NCBI GenBank assembly: GCA_025558095.1
Contig: JAIVFI010000039.1
Coordinates: forward strand, 372,001-436,000
DNA length: 64,000 nucleotides
Direction: 5' to 3'
Source of the DNA: Hyaloraphidium curvatum SAG 235-1
Lineage: Eukaryota; Fungi; Monoblepharomycota
In this document: positions 12,570 through 23,114 of the stretch, piece after piece
Layout of the letters: each line of letters begins with the position of its first letter
Numbering within the stretch: position 1 is the first letter of the stretch
Notes under the pieces: generated by a model
Told to the model about the DNA's origin: nothing
The model's input: the letters and a program-made list of their open reading frames with translations, nothing else
Databases searched by the model: none
Program-made: the position numbers and the translations under genes

Positions 12570-14168
12570 ATGGCCGGCGACGGGCCCTCCGGCGGCGGCG
12601 ACGAGCGCGGGTACGCCGGCGTCACCGCGCTGCTGGCGGCGGCGGGCGCGGACGCGGCGGGCGGCGCGCGGCCGGCGGAGCGCGCGCCGCCGCTGTCCTT
12701 CCCGGCCGGCGCCACGCTGTTCCCGCCCGGCGGCGGCGCGCCCCCGCCGATGGCTCCGCACGGTGCGCCCTCGCCCGGCCAGCCGGGGCCGCCGCCCGCG
12801 GGGCCGCCGCCCTCGGGCCCCCCGCCCGGCTGGCGCCCGTACCCGCCGTATCCCCCGCCGCAGCCCGCCCCGCCCGGCCAGCTGCCGCAGATGGGCCAGC
12901 TGCCGCAGATGGGCCAGCCCGGCCAGCCCCGCGCTCCCGCCTTCCCGCCGTTCGCGCCGTCGATGGCCCCGTACCCGCACCACATGTACGGCCACCCGCA
13001 CCCGCACGCCTACCACCCGTACCCGCACCCGCCGCAGGGCTACCCCGCACACCCCCTGCAGGGCCCGGGCCCCCGCTGGCACGACCCGCCCGCCGCACCG
13101 CGCACGGAGCCGCAGCAGGCAAACCCGCCCTCGGGCCTGCCCTCGCCGCTGCCCAGCGCCGCGACAGACGGCTCCGTGTCGCGCCAGGCGTCGGACGAGG
13201 GCCAGCTGGCGCACGTCGCGAGGCGCGAGGGGACGGCGAGCCCGCTCCCTGATGCCGCCAAGGCGGATGCGTGGAAGGAGGACGCGCACAGGGCGGACGC
13301 GTGGAAGGCGGATGCGCGCAAGGCAGACGCGTGGAGGGAGGACTGGAAGCAGGGGGGTGGCGACGGCGGCGAGCACAAGCGGGAGGATGCAAAGGTGGAT
13401 GGCACCAAGGCGGAGGGAAAGCACGAGGAGGGCACCAAGCACGAGGAGGACAAGCAGGAGGAGGAGGACAAGCACGAGGGCAGCAAGCACGACGGCAGCG
13501 AATCCGAGGACGGCTCGGCCTCGGCCCCGCACACGCCCGGCAGGCCGCTCCTCCCCCCGGCCCCCACCGACCCCGCCCTTTCCCCCAAGCCCCCCGCCCC
13601 CGGCTCCGCCGCCGGCCCCCCTCCCACCGACATCCCCGGCTACCCCCCCGCCCAGCACCCTCCGGGCTACCCCCCGACCAGCCTGCCCCCCCTCTCGGAC
13701 CTCCCCCAAGCCGCCGCCTACCCGCCCTACGGCTACCCACCCGGCTTCCCCGGCTACCCCCCCGGCTACCCGTACGACCCCTCCCGCCCCTTCTACCCCC
13801 CCCAGGCCTACGGCTACCCCCCGCCCCCCGGGGCCTACTACTACCCCCCGCCGCAGGGCTTCTACCCCTACCCGTACCCCCCACCCGGCGCCGTCCCCGC
13901 GGGCGCGCCGGGCCAGCCGCCGTCGATGCTCCGCCGCCCCGAAGACGCCGCCACCGAACCGGCGCGCGAGTACCGCACCAGCTGCGAGTACTGCACCCTC
14001 CGCCGCCGGAAGTGCATCTCGGACGGGCACCCCCCCGCGCCGTGCATGCGGTGCAAGAGGGACGGGCTCGTGTGCGTCTACCTGCGGGTGAAGAAGAGGG
14101 GGCCGAAAGCAAAGGCCGCGCTGAGGGCGGAGCAGGCGGCGGCGATGGCGAGGGCGAGCGGGGCGTGA
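12570..14168 (+). CDS. Zn(II)2Cys6 transcription factor with a C-terminal zinc cluster and a Pro/Tyr-rich N-terminus
   Basis: RTSCEYCTLRRRKCISDGHPPAPCMRCKRDGLVCVYLRVKKRGPK at about 13975-14108. Single open frame from ATG 12570. Confidence 0.85.
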   Translation: MAGDGPSGGGDERGYAGVTALLAAAGADAAGGARPAERAPPLSFPAGATLFPPGGGAPPPMAPHGAPSPGQPGPPPAGPPPSGPPPGWRPYPPYPPPQPAPPGQLPQMGQLPQMGQPGQPRAPAFPPFAPSMAPYPHHMYGHPHPHAYHPYPHPPQGYPAHPLQGPGPRWHDPPAAPRTEPQQANPPSGLPSPLPSAATDGSVSRQASDEGQLAHVARREGTASPLPDAAKADAWKEDAHRADAWKADARKADAWREDWKQGGGDGGEHKREDAKVDGTKAEGKHEEGTKHEEDKQEEEDKHEGSKHDGSESEDGSASAPHTPGRPLLPPAPTDPALSPKPPAPGSAAGPPPTDIPGYPPAQHPPGYPPTSLPPLSDLPQAAAYPPYGYPPGFPGYPPGYPYDPSRPFYPPQAYGYPPPPGAYYYPPPQGFYPYPYPPPGAVPAGAPGQPPSMLRRPEDAATEPAREYRTSCEYCTLRRRKCISDGHPPAPCMRCKRDGLVCVYLRVKKRGPKAKAALRAEQAAAMARASGA

Positions 14169-14302
14169 TTGCCGGGAGGCGGACGGGATGGAGAGAGGGG
14201 GAAAAACGGGGCCCGCGGAGGCGGGGTGAGAAAGCGCCGTGTACAGGTTTGGCGCGGGAGATACGACACCATCTTCACCACCCCCGACCGACCCGGAAAG
14301 CG

Positions 14303-15277
14303 CTACGCCTTGGGCGTGCCCCTGCTCCCCATCGCCGACATCTGCACCGTCTGGTTCGCCACCGCGAGCAGCCTCCCCCCCCGGCCCTCCCAGAGCCGCA
14401 CGCGGATGGTGCCCGTGCCGGGCATCCCCGCCGGGCCGGGCGAGACGGACTCCATCTCGTCCGCGCAGATCAGCGAGCTGCAGCCGGGAGAGGGGTGCGA
14501 AATGAACTGCAGGTTGATCGACAGGGTCGTCGGGCGCGTGCGCGGGCGGCCGGCGCGCACGTCGGCGCGGTCCATCAGGATGGCGTTGGCGGGGAGCTGG
14601 TCCGAAAAGTACGCGAGCGAGAGGAAATCGACGGCCCGCCCGTCCCTGAAATGCATTCGGTAGGGAAGGCTGCCCGCGCGCATCGGGTCCGCGGAGGCGT
14701 CGAAGGCGCGCGCGGCGGAGGGGTCCGCGAGCCGCTCCACGTTCGAGAGGATCGCGGGGGCGCCCTCGGGAGGCCGCGTGCGGTACGCCATCCTCTCGGC
14801 GACGAAGGGCAGGTTGTAAGTCGACACGCATTCGTCGGCCGGCGGCATGTAAGGCGGCTCCATGCCGGGCGAGCGGAGCTGCCGCGGTTCCGCACGGGCA
14901 AGGGCGCCGAACGTCGCGCGGCCGACGATCAGCGGCCGCCCCGCTGACGAGTACATGCGGAGCAGGAAGACCGCCACGTTCCGCCCCCTTTTGACGTCCT
15001 CGACCTCGATCCGGATCTCGTCCCCGGGCCGCGCGGGCGCGAGGAAGTCGAACCCCGCCGCCAGCGGATCCCCGGCACACCCGGCGTGGAGGAGGAGGCA
15101 CCGCATCGCCACCGCGAGCATGTGGTTCCCCGGTACCCTGCCGTTCGTGCGGGCGTAGCCTTCCGGGAGAAGGGAGGCAAAGTGCGACAAGGAGGGGGGG
15201 GAGGGGAGGCGGCGGACGGCGGTGGACGCGTCAAACACGGAGAGGGGGGGCGTCGGGCCGTCGGGTGGGGGATCCAT
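14303..15277 (-). CDS. Double hot-dog acyl-CoA thioesterase-like protein (TesB-like superfamily)
   Basis: FDASTAV...GRVPGNHMLAVAMR...FLAPARPG.I.IEVEDVKRGR... LAYFSD...PTTLSINLQF...LWEGRGGRLLAVANQ. Intronless. Confidence 0.75.
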   Translation of the reverse strand: MDPPPDGPTPPLSVFDASTAVRRLPSPPSLSHFASLLPEGYARTNGRVPGNHMLAVAMRCLLLHAGCAGDPLAAGFDFLAPARPGDEIRIEVEDVKRGRNVAVFLLRMYSSAGRPLIVGRATFGALARAEPRQLRSPGMEPPYMPPADECVSTYNLPFVAERMAYRTRPPEGAPAILSNVERLADPSAARAFDASADPMRAGSLPYRMHFRDGRAVDFLSLAYFSDQLPANAILMDRADVRAGRPRTRPTTLSINLQFISHPSPGCSSLICADEMESVSPGPAGMPGTGTIRVRLWEGRGGRLLAVANQTVQMSAMGSRGTPKA

Positions 15278-15883
15278 GGTGCGAAGAGCGCAGAACGCGC
15301 GCGTGGAGGGAGGGAAGGGCCGGCGCGTTGGCGGTGGCAAGTCGATCGCGTGTCCTGTGCTTAGGCCCGTCCTTGGTGCCATGGATGAGGAAACATCGAG
15401 CAAACGAGCTGCAAAAGAGCTTCGAACGAGGCGAGTCGGCCGGCGAAAGGCTCGCTGCATCCCAGGTTGTGCGCGCCATCTCATCGGGCGAGGGACCGGG
15501 CCGCCGCCCGCTTTGTCCAGATCACCAGGCGGCGGAACGGATCCGGGTTCTTGATCGTCGGCGCAGCTCCAAAGATGCTTTTCCGCTGGCAGGAACGATC
15601 CTCCGCCCGCCGTTTGCTTGCTCCATCGGCAGAGGGAACAACCCGCCGTCCGCCGGCAGACCGCCCACCATCCATCCCGCCCGGCGCCCATTCCCCATAG
15701 CCACGCCGCCGGCATTTAGTACATCCCCCAGCTTTTCGGCCCGGCATCCCGCTAAAGGGCCCGGGGGCGGCGAAACCACCAACCCCCGACCGACCCGCTG
15801 CTTACGCGTCCCGCCCGCCTCCCCCGCCGCCGTTTTCCCCTCCCCCTCTCGCACAACGAATCCCCCTCCTCCCACGCGCAGCG

Positions 15884-16687
15884 ATGTTCTCCCTCACCCA
15901 GCGCGCCGCCGTGCACCCTCCCCCCGCGCTCGTTCTCGCGCACGCCCCGAAGGCGGACGACAGCGTGCCCTATTTCGCATTCGGGAGCAACATGGCGCCC
16001 TCCGTCCTCACGGGGCGGCGGGGCTGCAACCCGCTCGTTTCCCGGGCCGCGCGGGCGCCGGGGTGGTGCCTGACCTTCGGACTGGCCGCCGTGCCGTACC
16101 TCGAGCCGGGGATGGGCACCATCCTCCGCCGCGGGGACCCGGGGACGGACGGCCGCCCCGAGGCCGTGGGCGTCGTGCACATGCTGAGCAGGAGCGACTT
16201 CATGAGGGTGCTGATCACCGAAGGCGCGCCCGACGGCGGCGAGTCCGAAGGCTCGGGCTACCTGCTCATCGAGGTCGAAGTGGACTATTTGGACGGGGAG
16301 GCCCCGAAGAGGGGCAAGGCGCTCACGCTCACGACGAAATCGGACCGGCTGAGGCCGAACGCGCTGCCGAGCAGGCGATACCTGAACCTGCTGCTCGACG
16401 GGGCAAAGCACCACGCGCTCCCCGCGGACTACACCTCGTGGCTCGAATCCCACGACCACTTCCGCCCCACGGCCGCGAAAAAGGCCGCTCGCGTGGTCTT
16501 CATGGCCTTCTTCCTGACGGTCGGCCTGCCGATCTTCTTTTTCTCGCGGCTGCTGGACGGTTTGTTCTCGCCGGGCTCGTTGCCCGTCCGCGCGGCCAAG
16601 CGCGCCCAAAGCATGGCGTGGGGAATGGCTGCGGGGATGGAGGGGTGGGTGGGGATGGTGGCGGGGAGCGGATGGCACAATGGGTGA
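15884..16687 (+). CDS. Gamma-glutamylcyclotransferase (GliK/AIG2-like) with a C-terminal hydrophobic segment
   Basis: Motifs YFAFGSNM, LTFGL..PY.EPG, GVVH.L...DF..V..TEG and PSRRYLNLLLDGA.HH.LP.DY. Confidence 0.85.
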   Translation: MFSLTQRAAVHPPPALVLAHAPKADDSVPYFAFGSNMAPSVLTGRRGCNPLVSRAARAPGWCLTFGLAAVPYLEPGMGTILRRGDPGTDGRPEAVGVVHMLSRSDFMRVLITEGAPDGGESEGSGYLLIEVEVDYLDGEAPKRGKALTLTTKSDRLRPNALPSRRYLNLLLDGAKHHALPADYTSWLESHDHFRPTAAKKAARVVFMAFFLTVGLPIFFFSRLLDGLFSPGSLPVRAAKRAQSMAWGMAAGMEGWVGMVAGSGWHNG

Positions 16688-17354
16688 CTTGATTTAGCGC
16701 GGAGGGCCGCCTAAGCTATGTTCGCACGAGATCGGGGCGGGAGAGTGGAGCGTTGGAGGTCGTGCCCGCAGAAACGTGCAAATCGATCCTTTCCCATCTG
16801 TATCCCGCCGCCTCCGAAGATCCTGCACGAGCACGATCCGTCCATTTGGGCTGCCCCCCGGCACAAGATCGCGATTGCAGGCGCCACCGATCGACCCCGG
16901 TTCAAAGCCTCGTCCTTCAGGCGGCCTTCCTTGCAACCCAGAGTGTTCACACGGTGGGCTGGCAATCCGATGCTGCCCGCGTCCGATCCGATTCCGGGAG
17001 CACCCTCAAGCGCGCTCCCCGCATGGATGCGCCCTGGCGAAATGGACGCCCGTCCCATCTCACCCCCGGTCGAACCAGCCCCGGTTCCGGGCGCATCAGG
17101 GTCCCGTGACCGACTCGCTCGAGGAACGCGACCAGAGACCTGCCCGATGAAGCAAGAATGCTGGCCCCGTGGGTGCCCGCACGACATATCGCCGTCCGCC
17201 GCCGCCCACCGGCCGCCTACACAGCGAACGTCCCCGCCGCGCGGTCTTCCTCCAGGGCTCGCCCTCCGTTCCGCCGCGGCACCTTCCCCGCCCCTCCGGA
17301 GTGTAATATAATGCCATTGCGCATTTGATAAGCCGTTCCGGCTTCGGGCATGAA

Positions 17355-18329
17355 TCAGATTCGCGGAGGACCTACAGCTTTCCGCGCGCCGGCAACGCCG
17401 ATCCCTTCTACCGCACATCCCACCGCATCGGATCTATCAAATTTTCGAGAACGCTCTAGTTTGAGAGCCCGAGGCCGCCGCGAGGCACGAGTCGCGGCGG
17501 CGTAAGCGACCGGGGGGTTCAAAGCCTCCTCCCGCTCGGCCGCCCGACTTCCTTGCATCCCCGAGCGCGGCCCTCGCACATCACTCCGCCAATCCACATC
17601 TGTTTGCTTGCCCGAAGCATTCTCCGTGCCTAGCTCGGAGGAATGCGCCCCACTGCAACGGGGCGCCCGTCCCGACCAGGGGTCCTCCAGCCAATGGGGT
17701 TCCCTCGGCCATTCCAGGTTCCATCGGGGCCCCGGGACCGATTCGCTTCCCGAAGAGCGCCACAGGTCCGACGCATCGTGCTCCGTGAGCACCCACGGTG
17801 CCGAGGCCACCAGCTGGTGCCACCTCGCGAACACGGCGAACGCGTGGCTGCCAAAGTCCGCCGACGGTGGCGACGGCCCCAGCTTGCCGGCGCCGGGATC
17901 GAGGTTGTAGGACGAGCGGAAGCTCCCGAGCAGCGGGCCGACGATGAAGTACGAGACCAGGAGCACGGAGCTCGCGATGCCGCAGCCCAGGGCGCGCGGG
18001 GAGAAGCGCCCGCCGCCGAACACCGCCGGGGCGGGGGACAGGGCGACCGCGACGGCGGCCCACGAGGCGAACCGCAAAAGCACGCGGGCGTTGAGCGGCG
18101 CCAGCAGCACCTGCAGCCGCAGCCAGAAGCCCAGGTGGCCGCTCAGCGCCGACACGGCTTTCTGCAGCGCGGCGCGCGTCAGCGGGTCGCCCGAGCGCAT
18201 CTCCGCCGCGGGGTCCGCGGCCGGCGGCAGCAGGCCGGACTCGACAACGGCGGACGGTTGCAGGGCGCCCGGGACGAGGGCGAGCCACTCGCGGCCCGAG
18301 AAGTCGGCGAGCCGGTCGGCGGGCTCCAT
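17355..18329 (-). pseudogene. 3'-truncated paralog of the 7-TM family (N-terminus to TM2 only)
   Basis: ADFSGREWLALVP...DPLTRAAL...GGRFS...SHAFAVFARWHQLV matches the intact paralogs. Similarity ends near 17800 and TM3-7 are absent. Confidence 0.7.
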
Positions 18330-18347
18330 TGTCCTCGTCCGCGGTCC

Positions 18348-18566
18348 GGTGGAACCGGCCGTCTGGGTGATGTGCGAACGATCCAGGCTCTGCTGGAGCT
18401 AGACCCAGAGCTAGACCCAGAGCTGGTGGTGCTCAAGTTGGACTTGCAGAACGCCTTCAACTGCCTTCCCCGGCGCCTGGTCTTCCGCTGGGTCCGCCAG
18501 TTCCCCGCGCTGATCCCCTTCTTCCGCACGTTCTACGGGGGACCGTGCCGGATCGTCCTACCATGA
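18348..18566 (+). mobile_element. Non-LTR retrotransposon reverse transcriptase fragment (CRE/Cnl1-like)
   Basis: GG...VRTIQALLELDPELDPELVVLKLDLQNAFNCLPRRLVFRWVRQFPALIPFFRTFYGGPCRI matches the RT subdomain-3 pattern 'LD.xNAFN.I.R...P.L..F....Y..P' of early-branching R2/CRE elements. Contains a 12-bp duplication (GAGCTAGACCCA x2). Confidence 0.75.
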
Positions 18567-18609
18567 CGTCCTGGGGAAGGCCGTCTTCTATGCTGTCTCG
18601 GCATATGGT

Positions 18610-19178
18610 CCCCTGCGCCGGCCCTGCCCCCCGTTGGGGTGAAGTTCTTGAAGGTCCCCAGCCACGCGGTCGCCACCACGACGAAGGCGAGCTCGGAGAG
18701 GACGACGACCGCGGTGGCGAGGGACCACAGGCCCGTGCAGCGCGATCCGCGAGGCCCACGGGACCGCAGCGAGGTGCACGTTAAGAAGGAAAAGAAGGAA
18801 CGCGCTGCGGCGGGCGCACTCGCGGAGCAGGGTACGCCGGTCGAGGCCGGGGCGGGCCGTGCCGGGCCGTTGCCGCGGACGAGCGTGCCGGAGCCACGGG
18901 GCGCCGGCGGCGTCGGGACGATGGCGAGCCATTCCGCCTCGGTGAAATCGGCGAGCTCCGAGCCGCCGTCCTTGTCGCCCATCGTCGGAAGGCGGCGCGT
19001 TGACGGTGGACCTTTCCGGCAGAAAATGGGGGCGACGGACCCGCGATCCCCTCGCTGCCCGCCGTGCGAGGCAAAGAGGAAGCACCCCGCCCGCAACAAC
19101 CACGGGGTCCTTCGCGACTTGCTCCTTTGCTCCGCCAAACTGTTCCGAGGCGCTGCGGCGAACCGCACGGCACGGAAC
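18610..19178 (-). pseudogene. Frameshifted, truncated duplicate of the 5' end and upstream region of the 21570-23114 gene
   Basis: MGDKDGGSELADFTEAEWLAIVPTPPAPRGSGTLVRG (ATG 18982) is nearly identical to the 23114 gene, followed by frameshifts and an internal deletion. About 200 bp upstream (18983-19178) aligns with 23115-23318. Confidence 0.9.
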
Positions 19179-19474
19179 AGGAAATCCAATCGCGCCTGCA
19201 TGTTCTTGTCACGCTCCGCGAAACCCGGAAGCGGTGGTTGCTCGCGATCAAGACCCCCACAACCGGGCTCTTGGCATCGCGCCCCCGCTGCAACAATGGC
19301 TTCAGCGGCGCACTGAAGCCGCCGCTGTCGACGTTCCGGCCCCTGCGCATCGTGCGGAGCGCCAAGGTCGGAGACCAGCGAGTTTCCCCGGTTGAGCGCA
19401 AGGCAGCCATCGAAGAATCCGGAACGGGACAAGGGATGCTTCTTGTATTGGCCAACCATGGTTGCTACGAGCCC

Positions 19475-21028
19475 CTACCGGTGGGGACAGTACGATTGGA
19501 TGGTAACGAAGATCCCGAACCCTCTCAAGATGCCCCATAACCCCACCGTGAGTGTGACGACCGTGACGACCACGGTCCTGATCAGTGAGAATGACACCGG
19601 GAACCCGAAGAGGCGGTACCGGTGTCGCTCAATGCCGAGGAACGACGACAGCAGCGCGTCGTGGGCCCGCAGCGCGTTCACCACCTCGGCGGGGGGCGGC
19701 GGCCCGGCCCGCGGGCGCGCGGCGTCGGCGAGCATCTCGCGGATGCGCTGCTGCGCCTCGTGGTATACCCCCGCAAGGTCGTCCACGGCGAGGTTGGCCA
19801 GCGAGAGCATGGAGAGGTCCACGGCGAAACATCCGCCGGTCCGGAGGAGTAGCGCGAGCGGGCCGAAGGTGATGCAGGAGCCGACGGCGCTCGTGATGGT
19901 GGCGCAGAGGGTGAAGAATACCAAAGCGAGGAACATGTTCACGGGGCCAACAAGCTGCACGCCGACGCCCCACGATAGGGCGGGGGCAAGCTGGTTGTGT
20001 AGGTCCACATAAAGTTCCCGGTTGCCGATAAGCTCCTGCAGTTCGGCCTCCGAAACGCCTCCCTCGAGAGCGACCGAATAGCGCTCGAAGAAGGAGCCGA
20101 AAGCGGTGTCGACAGCCCTCTTTCCGAGCCTCCTGTGCAGGTCCAATATGGCCGACGGCGAAGAAGGCACTCCGACAACGCCAGGAACTGCGAACCAAAG
20201 GACCATGAACACGAAAACGACGCCCATCAGGGCGGACCACCATGTGGTCCAGAACGGAGCACCGAAGGTGAACAGCGGGGTCACCACAGGGCACAGATAG
20301 GCACCGAAGTGGGTGGCAAGGACAACCAGGATCTTGACCAACTGCTGCACTCCTCCCGTCCTCCCGATCCCGCCCGCGCAGGAAGATCTGTCGCAGGCAC
20401 AGAAGGGGTCCTTCTCCCGGTGCGAAATAAGCCTCGAGACGGCCCCCGAAACCGTTCCGGCTTCCGCCTGCTGGGCACCCGCGGCAGCGTGCCCGGCGCG
20501 GACCAGCTGGCTCCACCGCGCAAAACCGGCGAGGTAGTGGGTCCCCATGTCCAAGCCGTCGCCCGATTCCGCCCTGCCTTCGTGGGCCAGCCTATTCGAG
20601 GGAATGAACGGATAGATGCTCAAGAAAGCGAAACCACCCGCAAACCCGGCGAAGGAGGCAGCGATCTGCGCGCTGCCGAAACGGCCGTCGTCAAAGTACC
20701 ATCCCAGCCCCAATACCGTCAACAAAGAGGCCACGAAGCCGTAGAAGCGGACCGCAAGCCGGCGGCCGACGGGCCACAGGGCAAACTGCGCCCGGACCAG
20801 CACGCGGAAGAGAGGCGGGAGCTCGCCGAGCAGCGCGTTTCTGGTGAGCGGGTCGGAGGCGCGCGCCGCCGTGGCGAGGTCGGCGGGGGAGCATTTCCAC
20901 GCGGCAGCGCTGTCGGACGGTGTGCCGCCCGACGCGAAGATCAACGCCCTCTGCGATGGTTGGGACCGCGGGACGAGCGCGAGCCACTCGCGGGGCATGA
21001 AGGAAGCCGGCACGGGCAGATGGTCCAT
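19475..21028 (-). CDS. 7-TM membrane protein, family member A (GRL/7TMIC-like)
   Basis: Intronless, 517 aa, about 7 hydrophobic segments. Family motifs REWLALVP, DPLTR, ARWSQLV, DPFCACDRSSCAG, LYVDLH, GSCI and RLFGFPVSFSLIRTVVVTVVTLTVGLWGILRG..CP. Confidence 0.85.
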   Translation of the reverse strand: MDHLPVPASFMPREWLALVPRSQPSQRALIFASGGTPSDSAAAWKCSPADLATAARASDPLTRNALLGELPPLFRVLVRAQFALWPVGRRLAVRFYGFVASLLTVLGLGWYFDDGRFGSAQIAASFAGFAGGFAFLSIYPFIPSNRLAHEGRAESGDGLDMGTHYLAGFARWSQLVRAGHAAAGAQQAEAGTVSGAVSRLISHREKDPFCACDRSSCAGGIGRTGGVQQLVKILVVLATHFGAYLCPVVTPLFTFGAPFWTTWWSALMGVVFVFMVLWFAVPGVVGVPSSPSAILDLHRRLGKRAVDTAFGSFFERYSVALEGGVSEAELQELIGNRELYVDLHNQLAPALSWGVGVQLVGPVNMFLALVFFTLCATITSAVGSCITFGPLALLLRTGGCFAVDLSMLSLANLAVDDLAGVYHEAQQRIREMLADAARPRAGPPPPAEVVNALRAHDALLSSFLGIERHRYRLFGFPVSFSLIRTVVVTVVTLTVGLWGILRGFGIFVTIQSYCPHR

Positions 21029-21569
21029 GGCGCGTCGCTCTCGGTCGGGGTTTTCGGTTGGAGGGTCTTCGGACCGTTGCAGTGCCATCCAAGAGCAGCA
21101 AGATGGCGACTTCGATGGGATGCTTCTGAGCACGGGCTGGTGTCACGCCGCTGCAACCGTTTCTGGGTTCCCACGCGGCGGTCCTCTGCCTTTGAGTTCA
21201 GCTCCCTTCAACTCCTAACGGCGAAGCCCTGCCCCCCGGAACCTACGCTTGGTCCGCCTCGTCTTGCCACGGAACTGTCGCCTCCACACCCGATCACTTA
21301 CCTCATCCCACTTTACAAAGCAGTTATTCCCGGGCGGCAGGATCCATCCTTTGCACCTTTTGCCGTCGAGCACCAGGATCGGCGCTTTGACTGACGGGGG
21401 GGGACAGCCTTCTCCCGTCCGCCACAGACCCAGCTCGCATCGCCGGTCGCGTCGCCCGCCCCTTCGCGGTTCGCTTGCCCGGTGCTCCCCCGCGCACGGT
21501 GCGCTCGCAGAAGGCCCATCGTGGGTCCGATACCGCGGCCCAAGAAGTTGCGGGCCGCAGGGGCACCCG

Positions 21570-23114
21570 TCACCTCGTCGGGCACACGGATCCCAGCGTG
21601 AAGAACACGGATCCGCGCAGCACGGACCACAGCCCGATCGCCAGCGTGAACACGGTCACGAGGAACGTCCGCAGCACCCCGAAGTCCACCACGAACCCCA
21701 GGAACCTCCCCCTGAACCCCGCTGCCTCGCGGAACGAGGCCAGCAGCCTGTCGTGCGTCCCCAACGCCTCGAGCAGCCCCGCGCGGTCCGGGCCGGAAGG
21801 GAGGGACCGCGCGCGCACGAGCTTGTCCCGGATCTCGGCCTGCGCCTCGCGGTACAGCTCCGCGATGCCGTCGATCTGCGCGTTGGAGAGGGCGACGTGG
21901 GCGAGGTCCGTCACGGTGACGCAGAGCAGGAAGCCGAAGGTGACGGCGACGTAGGCGGGGATGCAGGAGCCCGCGGCGAGGCAGAGGACCAGGGGAACGC
22001 CGGCGGCGACGCCGATGCCGCCGAGGAAGGTGCGACCCGAGAGAACGAGGGAGACGCGGCGCTCCCAGATGGATGCGAGCCGGTGGTGGAGCTTGGCGTA
22101 GAGCGCGCCGTCGGGGGGCCGCGGCGGGGGGTCCCCGGAGAAGATGGCGCGCTCGAAGGCGTCGAGGAAGCTGCCGAGCGCGAGGAACATGGCGCGGCGC
22201 TGGATCCGGAGTGAAAGTCGCAGCAGCGAGGCGTTGGTGTTGAAGCGCCCGGCCACGTTCAACGGGACAAAGTCCAGGTTGGCCAGCACGGCCAGCGCTC
22301 CCGCAACGGCCCATGCCGAGCTCCAAAACGCGGCGGCGTGGACCAGGAGGGGGTTCGCCACGATGAGGAAGGGGCCCGCGGTGAGGGGGACCATCCGGAA
22401 GAGCGCCTCGGCCAGGCAGAGCACCGGGGCGCTCCGGACGAGCTTGCCACCGCAGTTCGGGGCGCCGCAAGGGCACAGGGGATCCCCGTCCTGGTGCCGT
22501 ACGAGCGGGGAGGCCGACGCACCGGGGGGATCCGCGGCCCGTTCGTGGTCCGTTTCCGCCGCGCCGGGCCCCTCGGGCTTCCCGGACCGCACGAGCTGGG
22601 ACCACCGCACGAGGCCGGCCAGCGAGTGCGCGTCGTAGGAAACCTCCCCCGGGGCCGCGGCCCCGGCCCTGCCCCCCGCCGCCGGGGCAAAGTTCTTGAA
22701 CGTCCCCAGCCACGCAGACGGCACGGCGACCATCAGAAACACGAGCAGCGCGTAAAAGAGCGCGGCGGAAATGCCGGCGGCCAGCTGCGGGGTCGCGTAC
22801 CGCCCGTCGTTGAATGCGAGCTCGGAGAGCACGACGGCGGCGGTGCAGAGCGACCAGAGGCCGGTGCGGAGGACGATCCGCGAGGCCCACGGGACCGCCG
22901 CGAGGTGCACTTCGAGGAGGAAAAGGAGGAACGCGCTGCAACGGCGCACCTCGCGGAGCAGGGTGCGCCGGTCGAGGCCGGGGCGGGCGGGGCCGGGGCC
23001 GCCGCCGCGCACGAGCGTGCCGGAGCCACGGGGCGCCGGCGGCGTCGGGACGATGGCGAGCCATTCCGCCTCGGTGAAATCGGCGAGCTCCGGGGGGCCG
23101 TCCTTGTCGCCCAT
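21570..23114 (-). CDS. 7-TM membrane protein, family member B (GRL/7TMIC-like)
   Basis: Intronless, 514 aa. Motifs AEWLAIVP, VRWSQLV, DPLCPCGAPNCGG, LYAKLH, GSCIP and RFLGFVVDFGVLRTFLVTVFTLAIGLWSVLRG..CP. Confidence 0.85.
   Translation of the reverse strand: MGDKDGPPELADFTEAEWLAIVPTPPAPRGSGTLVRGGGPGPARPGLDRRTLLREVRRCSAFLLFLLEVHLAAVPWASRIVLRTGLWSLCTAAVVLSELAFNDGRYATPQLAAGISAALFYALLVFLMVAVPSAWLGTFKNFAPAAGGRAGAAAPGEVSYDAHSLAGLVRWSQLVRSGKPEGPGAAETDHERAADPPGASASPLVRHQDGDPLCPCGAPNCGGKLVRSAPVLCLAEALFRMVPLTAGPFLIVANPLLVHAAAFWSSAWAVAGALAVLANLDFVPLNVAGRFNTNASLLRLSLRIQRRAMFLALGSFLDAFERAIFSGDPPPRPPDGALYAKLHHRLASIWERRVSLVLSGRTFLGGIGVAAGVPLVLCLAAGSCIPAYVAVTFGFLLCVTVTDLAHVALSNAQIDGIAELYREAQAEIRDKLVRARSLPSGPDRAGLLEALGTHDRLLASFREAAGFRGRFLGFVVDFGVLRTFLVTVFTLAIGLWSVLRGSVFFTLGSVCPTR

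Noticed and set aside
592-16687. Secondary-metabolite cluster (BVMO, cupin, SDRs, thioesterase, GliK-like, Zn cluster TF)
   Set aside because: There is no backbone NRPS, PKS or terpene synthase in the window and no other gliotoxin-type genes, so co-location alone is insufficient.
17355-17720. Possible degenerate restriction-like endonuclease of the CRE element (REPHWL...GKQTDV...DV...AVEGIG)
   Set aside because: The motif match is too weak (no RPD, no K..KY) and it lies on the opposite strand from the RT fragment. It would need an HMM search.
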